Shown here piece by piece: positions 32,703-41,681 of a stretch of DNA of 46,891 nucleotides. Within the stretch, counting starts at the first letter, position 1; each line of letters starts with the position of its first letter. The notes below the pieces were generated by a model that saw nothing but the letters and a program-made list of their open reading frames with translations, did no database searches and had not been told where the DNA came from. Both the position numbers and the translations under genes were made by a program. Source of the DNA: a virus (lineage: Duplodnaviria > Caudoviricetes); IMG/VR virus record IMGVR_UViG_3300032244_000243, positions 1-46,891 of that record. One strand, 5' to 3'.

Positions 32703-33821
32703 TCACGCCGCAGGCTCGGCGGGCGGCTCTTCAAGCCCCGCTGCCCAGCCCCCCACGAGCCCCTGGCGGTAGTGGCCGACCATTTCGACCGGCACGCCCG
32801 CCCCCGCCGCCAGAGCGTCTATAGAAGCCCGTGCCGGGCACGGCTCCCCTCGGGCTACGAGATCCCGGCCCGCCAGCCGACCAGCCCGCAGGGCGGATTC
32901 TCGGGCGTCTGCCACGGGATCGGGGGGCTCCTGCCCGAGATCGAGGTGCGGCAGCATATCGAGGTGGCTGCGGGTCGGTTTCGCGATGGTCTGATCCACG
33001 TAGTGCTGCTGGGTTGTGGTGGCACTTGCGTGCCCCAGGGCGGCGGCGGCTTCAGAGAGCCCGCCAGCGGCCGCGATGTAGGAGGCGGCAGCACGCCGCA
33101 GCCCGTGGTATCCGCGAGGTTGCACGTTAGCCCGCTTGCAGATCCCACGCAGATGTCCCCAGAGATGCGTGGGCGTGCGATCCCATCTCCACACGAGCCG
33201 TCGCTCGCCAGCATCCCGGCGAAGATCGGCGAGCCAACCGGCGGTGATCGAGGAGATCGGTCTGAGCAAGTCTTGGTGCGCCCCCTTCCGGTTCTCGGCC
33301 CGCAGAAGAACCGTCCGCTCGGGCAGATCGACATCCCGCCACTCGACCGCGAGCAACGCGCCGACCCGCTCGGCGGTCTCGAACGCAGCCCGCACGAGCG
33401 AGGCGTGCCAGATCGACGCCGGGCGACCGTCGATGCCGCCGTGGGTGGCGAGGCAGGCCCGCAGGAGGGCAGCTACCTCATGATCCCGGTATGCCCGAGG
33501 CACTCGGCGGGGAGCTCGCATCGGCGGCAGCACAGCGGCCGGGGCGACCTCAACGCGACGCAGGCGAAACAAATGATTCCAGAGGGCGGCGATGTGGGTG
33601 CGATCCTTCAAGGCGGTCGCTGCCGAGACTTTCGCCTTCCTCGCGGAGAGAAACCGCTGCACGGCGATGCCGGTCAGGTCGGGCACCGCAGGCTCGTGCC
33701 CCAGGTGCTCGGCGAACCTCTGGAGGGAGAGCCGGAACTGCGTCAGGGCTTTGGGCTTCAGCCCTCGCAGGGGTGCGTAGTCTGCGTCGAGGATCGAGCG
33801 GAGCGTTTCGGGATCGTGCAT
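32703..33821 (-). CDS. int: Tyrosine recombinase (phage integrase)
   Basis: SAM-like N-domain; ETAERVGALL (R), RKG (K), HGLRR (HxxR), LGH, HY; GGAGG SD. Confidence 0.9.
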   Translation of the reverse strand: MHDPETLRSILDADYAPLRGLKPKALTQFRLSLQRFAEHLGHEPAVPDLTGIAVQRFLSARKAKVSAATALKDRTHIAALWNHLFRLRRVEVAPAAVLPPMRAPRRVPRAYRDHEVAALLRACLATHGGIDGRPASIWHASLVRAAFETAERVGALLAVEWRDVDLPERTVLLRAENRKGAHQDLLRPISSITAGWLADLRRDAGERRLVWRWDRTPTHLWGHLRGICKRANVQPRGYHGLRRAAASYIAAAGGLSEAAAALGHASATTTQQHYVDQTIAKPTRSHLDMLPHLDLGQEPPDPVADARESALRAGRLAGRDLVARGEPCPARASIDALAAGAGVPVEMVGHYRQGLVGGWAAGLEEPPAEPAA

Positions 33822-33870
33822 TTTCCAGCCTCCAGGGGCATGAAGACGGTATCACACCTGTACATATGTG

Positions 33871-33889
33871 AACCCCCATCGTCTCCACT
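33871..33889 (+). other. Candidate attP core resembling a tRNA-Ala/tmRNA 3' end
   Basis: AACCCCCATCGTCTCCACT just upstream of int; resembles T-arm/acceptor ...CCC..CG.CTCCA. Confidence 0.35.
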
Positions 33890-33977
33890 CGCGTTCTGTT
33901 CAGTAGTGGATGGTACGGCGCGACGCTGGCGGAAGGCAAAAGACGTTCTCGGAGCCCTTGTTTTGCGGCTCGGAAGT

Positions 33978-34006
33978 TTGCATTTGGTTTGACCTGTCGA
34001 TACGAT
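33978..34006 (+). promoter_or_regulatory. Sigma70-like promoter for a leaderless HTH gene, overlapped by an operator half-site
   Basis: TTGCAT-17-TACGAT, ATG 6 nt downstream (34013); CTGTCGATAC at 33994-34003. Confidence 0.6.
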
Positions 34007-34012
34007 CGGGGC

Positions 34013-34363
34013 ATGGTTGCGATGGCTGATCCGTTTACGGACTACATGACGGTGCGGGATGTGATGTCGGCGATCAAAGCGCGATCGCACAGCACCGTGC
34101 TGCGGCTGACCTACGAAGAGGACAAGACCTCAACCGCTCCAGGCGACCGCCCGCTTGCTGGGGTGAAGATCCCAGGCCACGGCTGGATGATCCGCCGCAG
34201 TGCCGTGGCGGCATTCCTTGCGGAAGACGCCCGGCGGAAGCGGGGGGTCGGCTTCCCGAGGGGGCGAACCAGGGCAGAACCCGCCCCGAAAGTCTCCTCG
34301 AAGCCCGCCGCAGCCACCGGCCGGAAGGCGAAAAAGGCTACGAAAAAGCGGCGTTCCCGCTGA
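34013..34363 (+). CDS. HTH_17/excisionase-like DNA-binding protein with basic tail (regulator)
   Basis: YMTVRDVM...STVLRL...G.KI...WMIRRSAV; Lys/Arg-rich tail; next to int. Confidence 0.65.
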   Translation: MVAMADPFTDYMTVRDVMSAIKARSHSTVLRLTYEEDKTSTAPGDRPLAGVKIPGHGWMIRRSAVAAFLAEDARRKRGVGFPRGRTRAEPAPKVSSKPAAATGRKAKKATKKRRSR

Positions 34364-34399
34364 TTTCTAGGAAAATCAGATTTTTTTGGATTCCCCCTC

Positions 34400-34428
34400 T
34401 TGTATATCGACAGGTCTGTCGATATCAT
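34400..34428 (+). promoter_or_regulatory. Early promoter with perfect palindromic operator
   Basis: TTGTAT-17-TATCAT enclosing ATATCGACAG-GT-CTGTCGATAT (34404-34425); T-tract upstream. Confidence 0.72.
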
Positions 34429-34486
34429 TGGGGCACACGCGAGCGAATGAGACTCGCGGGACACGCAAGCAAGGGAGACCGAAACC

Positions 34487-34963
34487 ATGATCGCCACCAC
34501 GACCCGCACCAAGAAGATCACCGTCGCTACCGTCAAGTCGTTTATCCGTAAGGCCAAGGCAGCGGGCACGCTGCTCGTCCGCTGCGACTCCAGCTTCGAC
34601 GGCATGACCGATTGCGTGGAGCGGAACCGCGACGCCAAGTTCTTCGCCCCGCAAGACGAGCGGGATCACGGGAACAACATGGGTCTTCGCGGAATCTACT
34701 TCGTCGGTCAGTCTCGCGATTGGTGCAAGGCGTTCGATGATGGCGAGCACGCTGGCTTCGAGGTCTCGAACTGCTGCGGCTCGTGGGTGGTGGCGACCAA
34801 GAAACCCGCCGCGACCGCTGCCGACAAGAACGCACAGATCAGCCGCATGATTCTGAAAAAGGTTGCGGCGGGCGTGACGCTGGCTGAAGCCTTCGACGCC
34901 GTGCTCGGAGCGGGCCGGTTCGATGAGGTGGTGAGCAGCGTCTATGAGACGCTGCGGAACTGA
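34487..34963 (+). CDS. Early hypothetical protein
   Basis: AAGGGAG SD; KKITVATVKSFIRK...SSFDGMTDC...NCCG. Confidence 0.78.
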   Translation: MIATTTRTKKITVATVKSFIRKAKAAGTLLVRCDSSFDGMTDCVERNRDAKFFAPQDERDHGNNMGLRGIYFVGQSRDWCKAFDDGEHAGFEVSNCCGSWVVATKKPAATAADKNAQISRMILKKVAAGVTLAEAFDAVLGAGRFDEVVSSVYETLRN

Positions 34964-35017
34964 GCGACACACCCCGCCCGCTGGCACCTGGGCCAGCGGG
35001 CACGACAGCGAAGGATC

Positions 35018-35590
35018 TTGCGAATGCACATCGCCTGGAAACCTGATCGGCACCACTTCATCTGTCGCATTCAAGAGCCCGAATGCTGCTACGTCGTCAA
35101 ACGCAGCAGGCTTGAGCAAAGTTGGTGCGACAAGGAACATCAAGACCCTCGCCGAACTAGGCGAAGCCGTTTTGCTGGAACTTGGGTCTCTTACACGTTT
35201 CGCGCAGGCACTTGTCGCGGATGGACGCCGTACGAGATTGCTCGCCCTGGGCTGGCTCGACGCCTCGGCCAGTTGCTCAAAAGCAGGATGTTTGACACTT
35301 GCTATCGGTGGTCTGCCGAATCGCTGCCGGTCTCGCCAGCAAGCATGGCAAAAGACTATCTCGGGTGCAGCCTTTCGGCTCTTGTGGAGAAGTTCGAGCA
35401 TCAGTTTCAAGACGGCATGACTTGGGACAACTTCGGGGCTCGCGGATGGGTCATCGACCACATTCTGCCGGTCTCCCGGTTTGACTTCCGCAAGATCAGC
35501 CACATCCGGCGAGCCTGCCACTACCGCAATCTGCGGCCGTGCTGGGAAGCCGAGAACATCCGCAAAGGCAATCGGCTCATGCCTTGTTGA
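35018..35590 (+). CDS. HNH-type endonuclease-like protein (start uncertain)
   Basis: YLGCS...F..GMTWDNFG..W.IDHILP...CHYRNLRP.W...N..K. Confidence 0.72.
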   Translation: MRMHIAWKPDRHHFICRIQEPECCYVVKRSRLEQSWCDKEHQDPRRTRRSRFAGTWVSYTFRAGTCRGWTPYEIARPGLARRLGQLLKSRMFDTCYRWSAESLPVSPASMAKDYLGCSLSALVEKFEHQFQDGMTWDNFGARGWVIDHILPVSRFDFRKISHIRRACHYRNLRPCWEAENIRKGNRLMPC

Positions 35591-35629
35591 GCCGCGATGA
35601 TTGAAACCACCAGGGCAAGGAGGCCCACC

Positions 35630-35701
35630 ATGAACGCTGATTTCTGGCTCGAACTCGCCGTCATCCTGCTACGAATCCTCGCCGCAGGAATCGGGGGTTG
35701 A
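35630..35701 (+). CDS. 23-aa hydrophobic peptide (not in ORF track)
   Basis: AAGGAGG SD, then MNADFWLELAVILLRILAAGIGG*. Confidence 0.6.
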   Translation: MNADFWLELAVILLRILAAGIGG

Positions 35702-35730
35702 CCAATATCGACAGACTCGTTTATACATAT
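35698..35730 (+). promoter_or_regulatory. Third operator copy in a promoter-like sequence
   Basis: TTGACC followed by ATATCGACAG (35705-35714) and TTTATACAT. Confidence 0.5.
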
Positions 35731-35801
35731 CGCCAGACCAGACGATAGGCGAACGAAAACGCCTTGTTTTCCTCGGGCAAAACGCTGGGAAAAAAAGTCG
35801 C

Positions 35802-35839
35802 TTGACCGAGCAAACGAGGGGCGTAGGATACGCCCCCTC
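35802..35839 (+). promoter_or_regulatory. Promoter-like element with palindrome over the -10
   Basis: A-tract, TTGACC-16-TAGGAT; GAGGGGCGTA-GGA-TACGCCCCCTC. Confidence 0.45.
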
Positions 35840-35887
35840 AGTGATGGACAGATGACCAGTACCGCACCTAGAAGGGAGTCGAAACGC

Positions 35888-36124
35888 ATGGACGCAAACA
35901 GGATGCACGGCGACGCCGAAGCCGCCGCCGCGATCGCCGCGATGAACGAGATCTACATCAGCGGATGGAGGCCCGAGCCGGGCGACATGGTTCGCGTGCC
36001 CCGGCCGTTCTACGGCACGCACTACATCGGCCGCGTCGCCGAGAACGTCGGCGAGCGGTGGCTCGTGGACACGCCCGACGGGCGGCTTGAGTTCTTGCTC
36101 GATGAGATCGAGCGGGTTCGCTGA
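35888..36124 (+). CDS. Small SH3/Tudor-like hypothetical protein
   Basis: AAGGGAG SD; PGDMVRV...GRV...WLVD. Confidence 0.65.
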   Translation: MDANRMHGDAEAAAAIAAMNEIYISGWRPEPGDMVRVPRPFYGTHYIGRVAENVGERWLVDTPDGRLEFLLDEIERVR

Positions 36125-36228
36125 CGCACAACAGGAGAGCCGGTGGAACCGGCGAAGCCCAGGAAGGGATCGGGCCGCTGACCTAGGACGGGGACGCGGC
36201 TTTTCATCAACGGACGAAAGGGAAGCGA

Positions 36229-36672
36229 ATGGACGCGAGCGAATGGATGCCAGCGGGGTTTGTGCCGCTGGCCGATTGGGACTACCGCAGTCGCGGAAAG
36301 GGTGACGGACACTCGCCGGACTACAAGCAACTGCGAGATGCCTTCCGCCAGCGAAAGATTCCAGGGTTGCAGACCGGCGGCGAGCGTGGCCGCGTCTACG
36401 TTCACAAGCAGTCGGCGACGCAGTACCTCGCGGAAACCGCGATCGCCGAGGCGGCGGTGCCGGTTGAGCCTGTCGTAAGTCAGCCCGCGCAGACCGGCGA
36501 CACCGCGATTGCAGCGTTGACTGCCGTGCTCTCTGCATTAGCGACGAGCCAGATGTCGCTGGTCGCTGAAGTCGAACGGATCGCGATCGCCGTCGAGTCG
36601 ATCGCATCGCATCCCAAGACGCCGCACGCGGAACTGATGCAGACGATCGGCAGCAACGGCTTTCACTCCTGA
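36229..36672 (+). CDS. Hypothetical protein (possible DNA-binding domain plus coiled coil)
   Basis: GAAAGGGA SD; KIPGLQ...RVYVH. Confidence 0.65.
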   Translation: MDASEWMPAGFVPLADWDYRSRGKGDGHSPDYKQLRDAFRQRKIPGLQTGGERGRVYVHKQSATQYLAETAIAEAAVPVEPVVSQPAQTGDTAIAALTAVLSALATSQMSLVAEVERIAIAVESIASHPKTPHAELMQTIGSNGFHS

Positions 36673-36703
36673 CTCAACAACAGAAACGAAAGGAACTCGA
36701 CAG

Positions 36704-37612
36704 ATGGTTCAGATCAGAAAAGCCCGCCGCTCGGCAACGAAACTGCGGCTCTTGCTCACCGGCCCTAGCGGTGCGGGCAAGACGTTCGGAGCGTTGCTCG
36801 TGGCGAAGGGGCTCGGCTCCCAGCGGACGATCGTCATCGACACCGAGCAGGGTTCGAGCGATCTCTACGACCGGCTGCACGACTTCGATGTGATCGATGT
36901 CGCCCCGCCGTTTACGCCCGAGGCGTACATCGAGGCGATCGACGCGGCCGAAGCGGCCGGTGCCGACTGCATCGTGATCGACTCGATCAGTCACGAGTGG
37001 AACGGGAAGGGGGGCTGCTTGGAACTCGTGGATGAGATCGCGAGAGCGAAGTTCAAGGGCAACACATGGAGTGCCTGGAGCGAGCTCACCCCGCGTCACC
37101 GAGCGTTCATCGACCGGATGCTCCGCAGTTCGGCCCACATCATCGCGACGGGCCGGGCGAAAACCGAGACGGCGCAGGTCGATGACCACGGGCGGAAGAA
37201 GGTGGTCAAGCTCGGCATGAAGCTCGAAAGCCGCGACGGTGCCGAGTATGAGTTCACGACCGTTCTCGACATCGTTCACGACGGGCACTTCGCGGTCGCG
37301 TCGAAAGACCGCACCGGCATCTTCGGCGGCGATCCCAAGCCGATCAGCGTCGAGACCGGCAAGGCTTTCGCCGAGTGGCTCGCGGGTGGCACGTCGACCG
37401 TGACGCCGCCGAGCGAGAAGTACCTCCAGGCGGCCGCGTTCATCGGCAAGGCCGCGACCGACGCGGATCTCCGTAAGGCGACCAAGGCGATCGACGGGTA
37501 CGTGGTCGCCGGGCAACTGACCAGCGACGAGTGGTCGCGTCTCACCGACGCGATCAACGAGCGGCTGGCCGCGATCGAGACCACGGCGGGCGAGCCCGCT
37601 GCGACTGAGTGA
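36704..37612 (+). CDS. Sak4-like AAA ATPase (single-strand annealing recombinase)
   Basis: GPSGAGKT, VIDTE, VIDSISHEW, YEFT, KDRT. Confidence 0.88.
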   Translation: MVQIRKARRSATKLRLLLTGPSGAGKTFGALLVAKGLGSQRTIVIDTEQGSSDLYDRLHDFDVIDVAPPFTPEAYIEAIDAAEAAGADCIVIDSISHEWNGKGGCLELVDEIARAKFKGNTWSAWSELTPRHRAFIDRMLRSSAHIIATGRAKTETAQVDDHGRKKVVKLGMKLESRDGAEYEFTTVLDIVHDGHFAVASKDRTGIFGGDPKPISVETGKAFAEWLAGGTSTVTPPSEKYLQAAAFIGKAATDADLRKATKAIDGYVVAGQLTSDEWSRLTDAINERLAAIETTAGEPAATE

Positions 37613-37658
37613 CGAACGGAACGGAATCGACCCCCACCCTACGGAAAGGAACCGCCAG

Positions 37659-38129
37659 ATGGATTTCGTGATTGACGATCAGCCGACCGAGACCGTGACG
37701 CACGAGCGGGCGATCGTGCCGCCTGGGCGGCACGAGATGTGCGTGAAGCTGTGCGAGGAAGGCACGAACGAGTACAAGCGGCACGAGACGAACCCGCACG
37801 GGAACTGCCTCAAGCTGCGGCTCGCGACGGTCGAGGGCGACTACAAGTTCGTCTTCGATGACATCCCGCACCACCTCGGGTGGCGGGCCGCGAACCTTGC
37901 CGACGCCCTCGGCATCAAGCCCGTCGATGGTCGCCTCTCGCTCTCGCCGAGCGACATCGAGGGGCAGACGCTCGTGGTGGAGATCAGCCACTACACGAGC
38001 AAGGCTGGAAAGACCTCGGCGGTGGTCAAGCGGTACGTGCCTGCGACGGCCACTGCGAAGCCGCCCGCGATCAAGCCCAACCCGAAGCCGCTGGTCGAGC
38101 GACTGCCGGGCGATGACATCCCGTTCTAG
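37659..38129 (+). CDS. SSB-like protein (DUF669-like)
   Basis: VPPG...C.KL.L; acidic DDIPF C-terminus; follows Sak4. Confidence 0.75.
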   Translation: MDFVIDDQPTETVTHERAIVPPGRHEMCVKLCEEGTNEYKRHETNPHGNCLKLRLATVEGDYKFVFDDIPHHLGWRAANLADALGIKPVDGRLSLSPSDIEGQTLVVEISHYTSKAGKTSAVVKRYVPATATAKPPAIKPNPKPLVERLPGDDIPF

Positions 38130-38294
38130 CAGTTCAGCGGCACGCGGTTGCCCTGGTGGCTGGCAAGCCACATCCGCCGCCACGCACGCAGAGGCGATGT
38201 ATCGGTGCAGTCGAGGCTCATACCTCCCTTGCTTGCGAGTGACTCGACCGGCTGCGGCACGACACGCCGCCAATACACCCCGAGGAATGAAGCG

Positions 38295-38573
38295 ATGAAG
38301 ACGGTCTATCGAGCGATTTTGCAAGTCGGTTCCGCACACCCGAAGTACGTGAGTATCACGATCCAGAGCGGCACCCTGCGAGCGATCGCGGGGCAGTGGT
38401 GGGTCGAGATGCCCGGCGGGTACATGACCCAGCACGGTGCCGAGTGGAGCGACAGCGAGTCATCTGCGTGGAGCATGGCATCCATCAGCATCGACAGCAT
38501 CGCGTGCGGCCTGCGGGATCGTGCCCAGGACTGCCGCGATATGGCGAATGCGGCGACGGGGGTGCCCGTATGA
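38295..38573 (+). CDS. Hypothetical protein
   Basis: GAGG SD; coupled to next ORF. Confidence 0.6.
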   Translation: MKTVYRAILQVGSAHPKYVSITIQSGTLRAIAGQWWVEMPGGYMTQHGAEWSDSESSAWSMASISIDSIACGLRDRAQDCRDMANAATGVPV

Positions 38574-38803
38574 GCGACGCCTACCTGGGCACGAGGCCCA
38601 TCGTTCGGCTCAAGGCTCTGGCCGATCGTCTCGTGGCGATCGAAGCCGAGAAGCGGCAGCGAGGCGACTTCGACTACGTGACCCTGGTGCCCGAGGCCGC
38701 TGCCGCGTTGCGGGAACTCGCGGCGATCAAGTTCGCCGCGTGGCGGAAAGAGAACCCAGAGACCGAGCGATACATGCCGCCGAAGCGGTGGAGAGGGGAC
38801 TGA
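38570..38803 (+). CDS. Hypothetical protein
   Basis: ATGA overlap; ends W.GD. Confidence 0.6.
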   Translation: MSDAYLGTRPIVRLKALADRLVAIEAEKRQRGDFDYVTLVPEAAAALRELAAIKFAAWRKENPETERYMPPKRWRGD

Positions 38804-38805
38804 CC

Positions 38806-40257
38806 ATGAAAATCTATCTCAACGACACGATCGACGCGTACCGCACCTTTCTCAAGATCAAGGCACTGCCTCGGTATGAGATTCACGGTCGCATGGCGGT
38901 CGTGCCCGACGAGTACGCCGCGAGCCTGGGCGTGGTCGGCGAAGAGCATCGCGATGTGCCCTACGTTCCGCGCGAGGGGCTATTCGACTACCAGCGGGAC
39001 ATCATCCGCATGGCGATCCAGAAGCAACGGTTCGCGATCTTCGCGGACTGCGGGCTCGGCAAGACGCTCATGCTCTTGGAGTTTGCTCGTCATGTGCGGG
39101 CGGTGCAGGATCGCCCGGTGCTGATCGTCTCGCCGCTGATGGTGGTGAAGCAGACGATCGAAGAGGCTGCGAAGTTCTACGGTGACTCGCTGCCGATCGA
39201 GCAAGTCTCCGCGAAGGCGTTGCCGAAGTGGCTGAACACGCCCGGCGGGCGACTCGGGATCACGAACTATGACGCTCTGCGGGATGACACCCCGGCCGGA
39301 GACCTGGGCGGGCTCATCCTCGATGAGTCTTCGATGCTCAAGAGCCACTACGGGAAGTGGGGGCAAGTCTGCCTACGGCTCGGGGCTGGCATCCCGTGGA
39401 AGCTCGCCCTCACCGGCACGCCTGCGCCGAACGATCGCATCGAGTACGCGAACCACGCCGTCTTCCTCGACGCGTTCCCGAATGTGAACTCGTTCCTCGC
39501 TCGTTTCTTCATCAACCGGGGGCAGACGAATGAGCGATGGGAACTGAAGCCGCACGCGTTGCGGCCCTTCTACCGGGCTCTCTCGCACTGGTGCATCTTC
39601 CTCACCGACCCGAGCACCTACGGCTGGAAGGATAACGTCCACAACATCCCGCCGATCCGCGTGAGCATTGAGGAAGTTCGGCTTTCGGATGAGCAAGAGC
39701 GGAAGGTGCGGGCCGAGACCGGGCAGCTATTTGTGACTGAGCTCGGCGGGATCACGACTCGCTCGAAGCTCTCGCGGATGGCGAAGTGCGAGAGCAGCCC
39801 GAAGCCGCAGTACATCGCTGACCTCGTGCGGTCGTGGCCCGATGAATCCACGATCATCTGGTGCCGCTACAACGACGAGCAGCGGGCGATCGAGCAAGTG
39901 CTGCCCGAGGCCGCGAGCATCGACGGCGATACGCCGATCGAAGAGCGGCAGCGGATCGTGGATGACTTCAAGGCGGGCCGCGTTCGCGTGCTCGTGACGA
40001 AGCCCAAGATCCTCGGGTTCGGATTGAACCTCCAAGTCTGCACACGACAAGTCTTCAGCGGCTTACAGGACTCCTACGAGGAGTACTACCAAGCGGTGAA
40101 GCGATCGAACCGGATCGGCAGCACCAACCCGCTCATGGTGCATATCCCGGTTTCCGACGTTGAGCGTCCGATGGTCGAGAACGTGCTTCGGAAGGCACGT
40201 CGCGTCGAGGCTGATACCCGCGAACAGGAGGCGATGTTTCGTAATGCTGCTCTCTGA
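38806..40257 (+). CDS. SNF2-like SF2 helicase
   Basis: LFDYQ, FADCGLGKT, LILDESS, TGTP, GFGLNLQ, QAVKRSNRIG. Confidence 0.9.
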   Translation: MKIYLNDTIDAYRTFLKIKALPRYEIHGRMAVVPDEYAASLGVVGEEHRDVPYVPREGLFDYQRDIIRMAIQKQRFAIFADCGLGKTLMLLEFARHVRAVQDRPVLIVSPLMVVKQTIEEAAKFYGDSLPIEQVSAKALPKWLNTPGGRLGITNYDALRDDTPAGDLGGLILDESSMLKSHYGKWGQVCLRLGAGIPWKLALTGTPAPNDRIEYANHAVFLDAFPNVNSFLARFFINRGQTNERWELKPHALRPFYRALSHWCIFLTDPSTYGWKDNVHNIPPIRVSIEEVRLSDEQERKVRAETGQLFVTELGGITTRSKLSRMAKCESSPKPQYIADLVRSWPDESTIIWCRYNDEQRAIEQVLPEAASIDGDTPIEERQRIVDDFKAGRVRVLVTKPKILGFGLNLQVCTRQVFSGLQDSYEEYYQAVKRSNRIGSTNPLMVHIPVSDVERPMVENVLRKARRVEADTREQEAMFRNAAL

Positions 40258-41128
40258 CTCCTATCACGTTCATCACGGCGACTGCATCCCGCACATGCTG
40301 GAGGAGATGCCGCCTGCATCGGTTGATTTCGCGGTGTTCTCACCGCCGTTCCCGAGTTTGTTCGCTTACACGAGCAAGCCCGAGGACATCGGGAACAGCG
40401 AGGACATGCGGGGCGAGGCGAAGTTGCACCTCGGGTATTTCTTTCGCGGTCTGCGTCGCGTGCTCAAGCCGGGCCGTGCTGCGGTCGTGCATGTGATGCA
40501 GATCCCGCGACTGAAGCGGAGCGGCGAGGTCGGGCTGCACGACTATCGCGGGCTGAACATCCGGCTCGGGGAGCGGGCGGGGCTGGTCTACGAATACGAC
40601 TGGGTTGTGCGGAAGAACCCGCAAGCCCAGGCGATCCGCACGCGGAGCCGCGAGTTGCAGTTCGCGGGGCTGGAAAGCGACCGGGCGAAGCAGAGGGGAT
40701 GCCTGCCCGACTACCTCATCAAGTTCCGAGCACCCGGCGAGAACGCCGTCGCGATCGACTCCGATGGCGACGTTTCGCGGAACGAGTGGATTGATTGGGC
40801 CGAGTGCTGCTGGAGCGACATCCGCGAGACGAACACGCTCAACGTCAAGGACGCCCGCAGCGAGGAAGACACGCGGCACATCTGCCCGCTCCAGTTGGAT
40901 GTCATCGACCGGCTCGTGCGGCTCTACACGAACCCCGGCGAGATCGTGTTCAGCCCGTTCACGGGGATCGGGAGCGAGGGCTACGTGTCGCTCCAGCGTG
41001 GGCGGCGGTTCTACGGCTGCGAACTGAAGCCCGAGTACCACGCCCAGGCTCTCAAGAACCTCGCCAGTGCCCAGCGGAAGCACGCGGCAGACAGCCGCAC
41101 CCTCTTCGACGCGGAGGCTGTGGCATGA
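40244..41128 (+). CDS. Beta-class amino DNA methyltransferase (SPPF; probably m4C)
   Basis: GDC, FSPPF (IV), HICPLQ, SPFTGIGSEG (I), GCELK. Confidence 0.9.
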   Translation: MLLSDSYHVHHGDCIPHMLEEMPPASVDFAVFSPPFPSLFAYTSKPEDIGNSEDMRGEAKLHLGYFFRGLRRVLKPGRAAVVHVMQIPRLKRSGEVGLHDYRGLNIRLGERAGLVYEYDWVVRKNPQAQAIRTRSRELQFAGLESDRAKQRGCLPDYLIKFRAPGENAVAIDSDGDVSRNEWIDWAECCWSDIRETNTLNVKDARSEEDTRHICPLQLDVIDRLVRLYTNPGEIVFSPFTGIGSEGYVSLQRGRRFYGCELKPEYHAQALKNLASAQRKHAADSRTLFDAEAVA

Positions 41129-41310
41129 ACTGGCTCCTCTCCATCTTCCGCCCCCGCCCCTCTCGCGATCTGCGGCAACTCGCCGAATCGCTGGAGGCCG
41201 AGAACGAACGGCTCCGCGAAGAGAACCGGCGGCTGCACACGCTCTGCCGAGCGTTGCGGGATGTGAACGAACACCTCGACAAGCGACTGCTCGCGGAGGA
41301 CACGCGATGA
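41125..41310 (+). CDS. Small coiled-coil protein
   Basis: GGAGG SD; LEAENERLREENRRL. Confidence 0.65.
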   Translation: MNWLLSIFRPRPSRDLRQLAESLEAENERLREENRRLHTLCRALRDVNEHLDKRLLAEDTR

Positions 41311-41654
41311 ACACGCTCGGTGATATGCCGCTCTTCGCGGCGGCTGAACGCAAGATCGAACTGCCGATCCGCTGCGCCGTCTCGAAAGAGCTACGTGTGC
41401 GGGCTGGCTCCCAGCGGTGGGAACTGCTTCTCCAGTATGTCGAGCACGGGCCGCTCACGAATGAGCAGGCTGGCGATCTTTCGGGGCTGAGTGAGAAGAA
41501 GTCGTGCTGCTACTGGAAACGGTGCGGCGAGCTCCTCGAACACGGCTACATCGCCGACACAGGCGAGAAGCGTCTCAGCCAGTGCGGCGAGATGCAGCGG
41601 ATTTGCCGCGTCACGGATAAGGGACTGCAAGCGATTCGGGCGGCGTCGCGTTGA
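41307..41654 (+). CDS. Winged-helix DNA-binding protein
   Basis: GPLTNEQ...WKRCGEL...GYI.DTG..R. Confidence 0.68.
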   Translation: MNTLGDMPLFAAAERKIELPIRCAVSKELRVRAGSQRWELLLQYVEHGPLTNEQAGDLSGLSEKKSCCYWKRCGELLEHGYIADTGEKRLSQCGEMQRICRVTDKGLQAIRAASR

Positions 41655-41681
41655 CGTGCAGCCGGGTAGCAGGGGGCATGG

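Noticed and set aside
32703-33821. Integron integrase (IntI)
   Set aside because: No visible IntI-specific insertion; about 13 kb from the att array on the circle; context (HTH gene, attP-like sequence) fits a prophage integrase
33860-33900. Intact tRNA gene
   Set aside because: Only a short 3'-end-like fragment with no cloverleaf; no tRNA or rRNA genes recognised anywhere in the window
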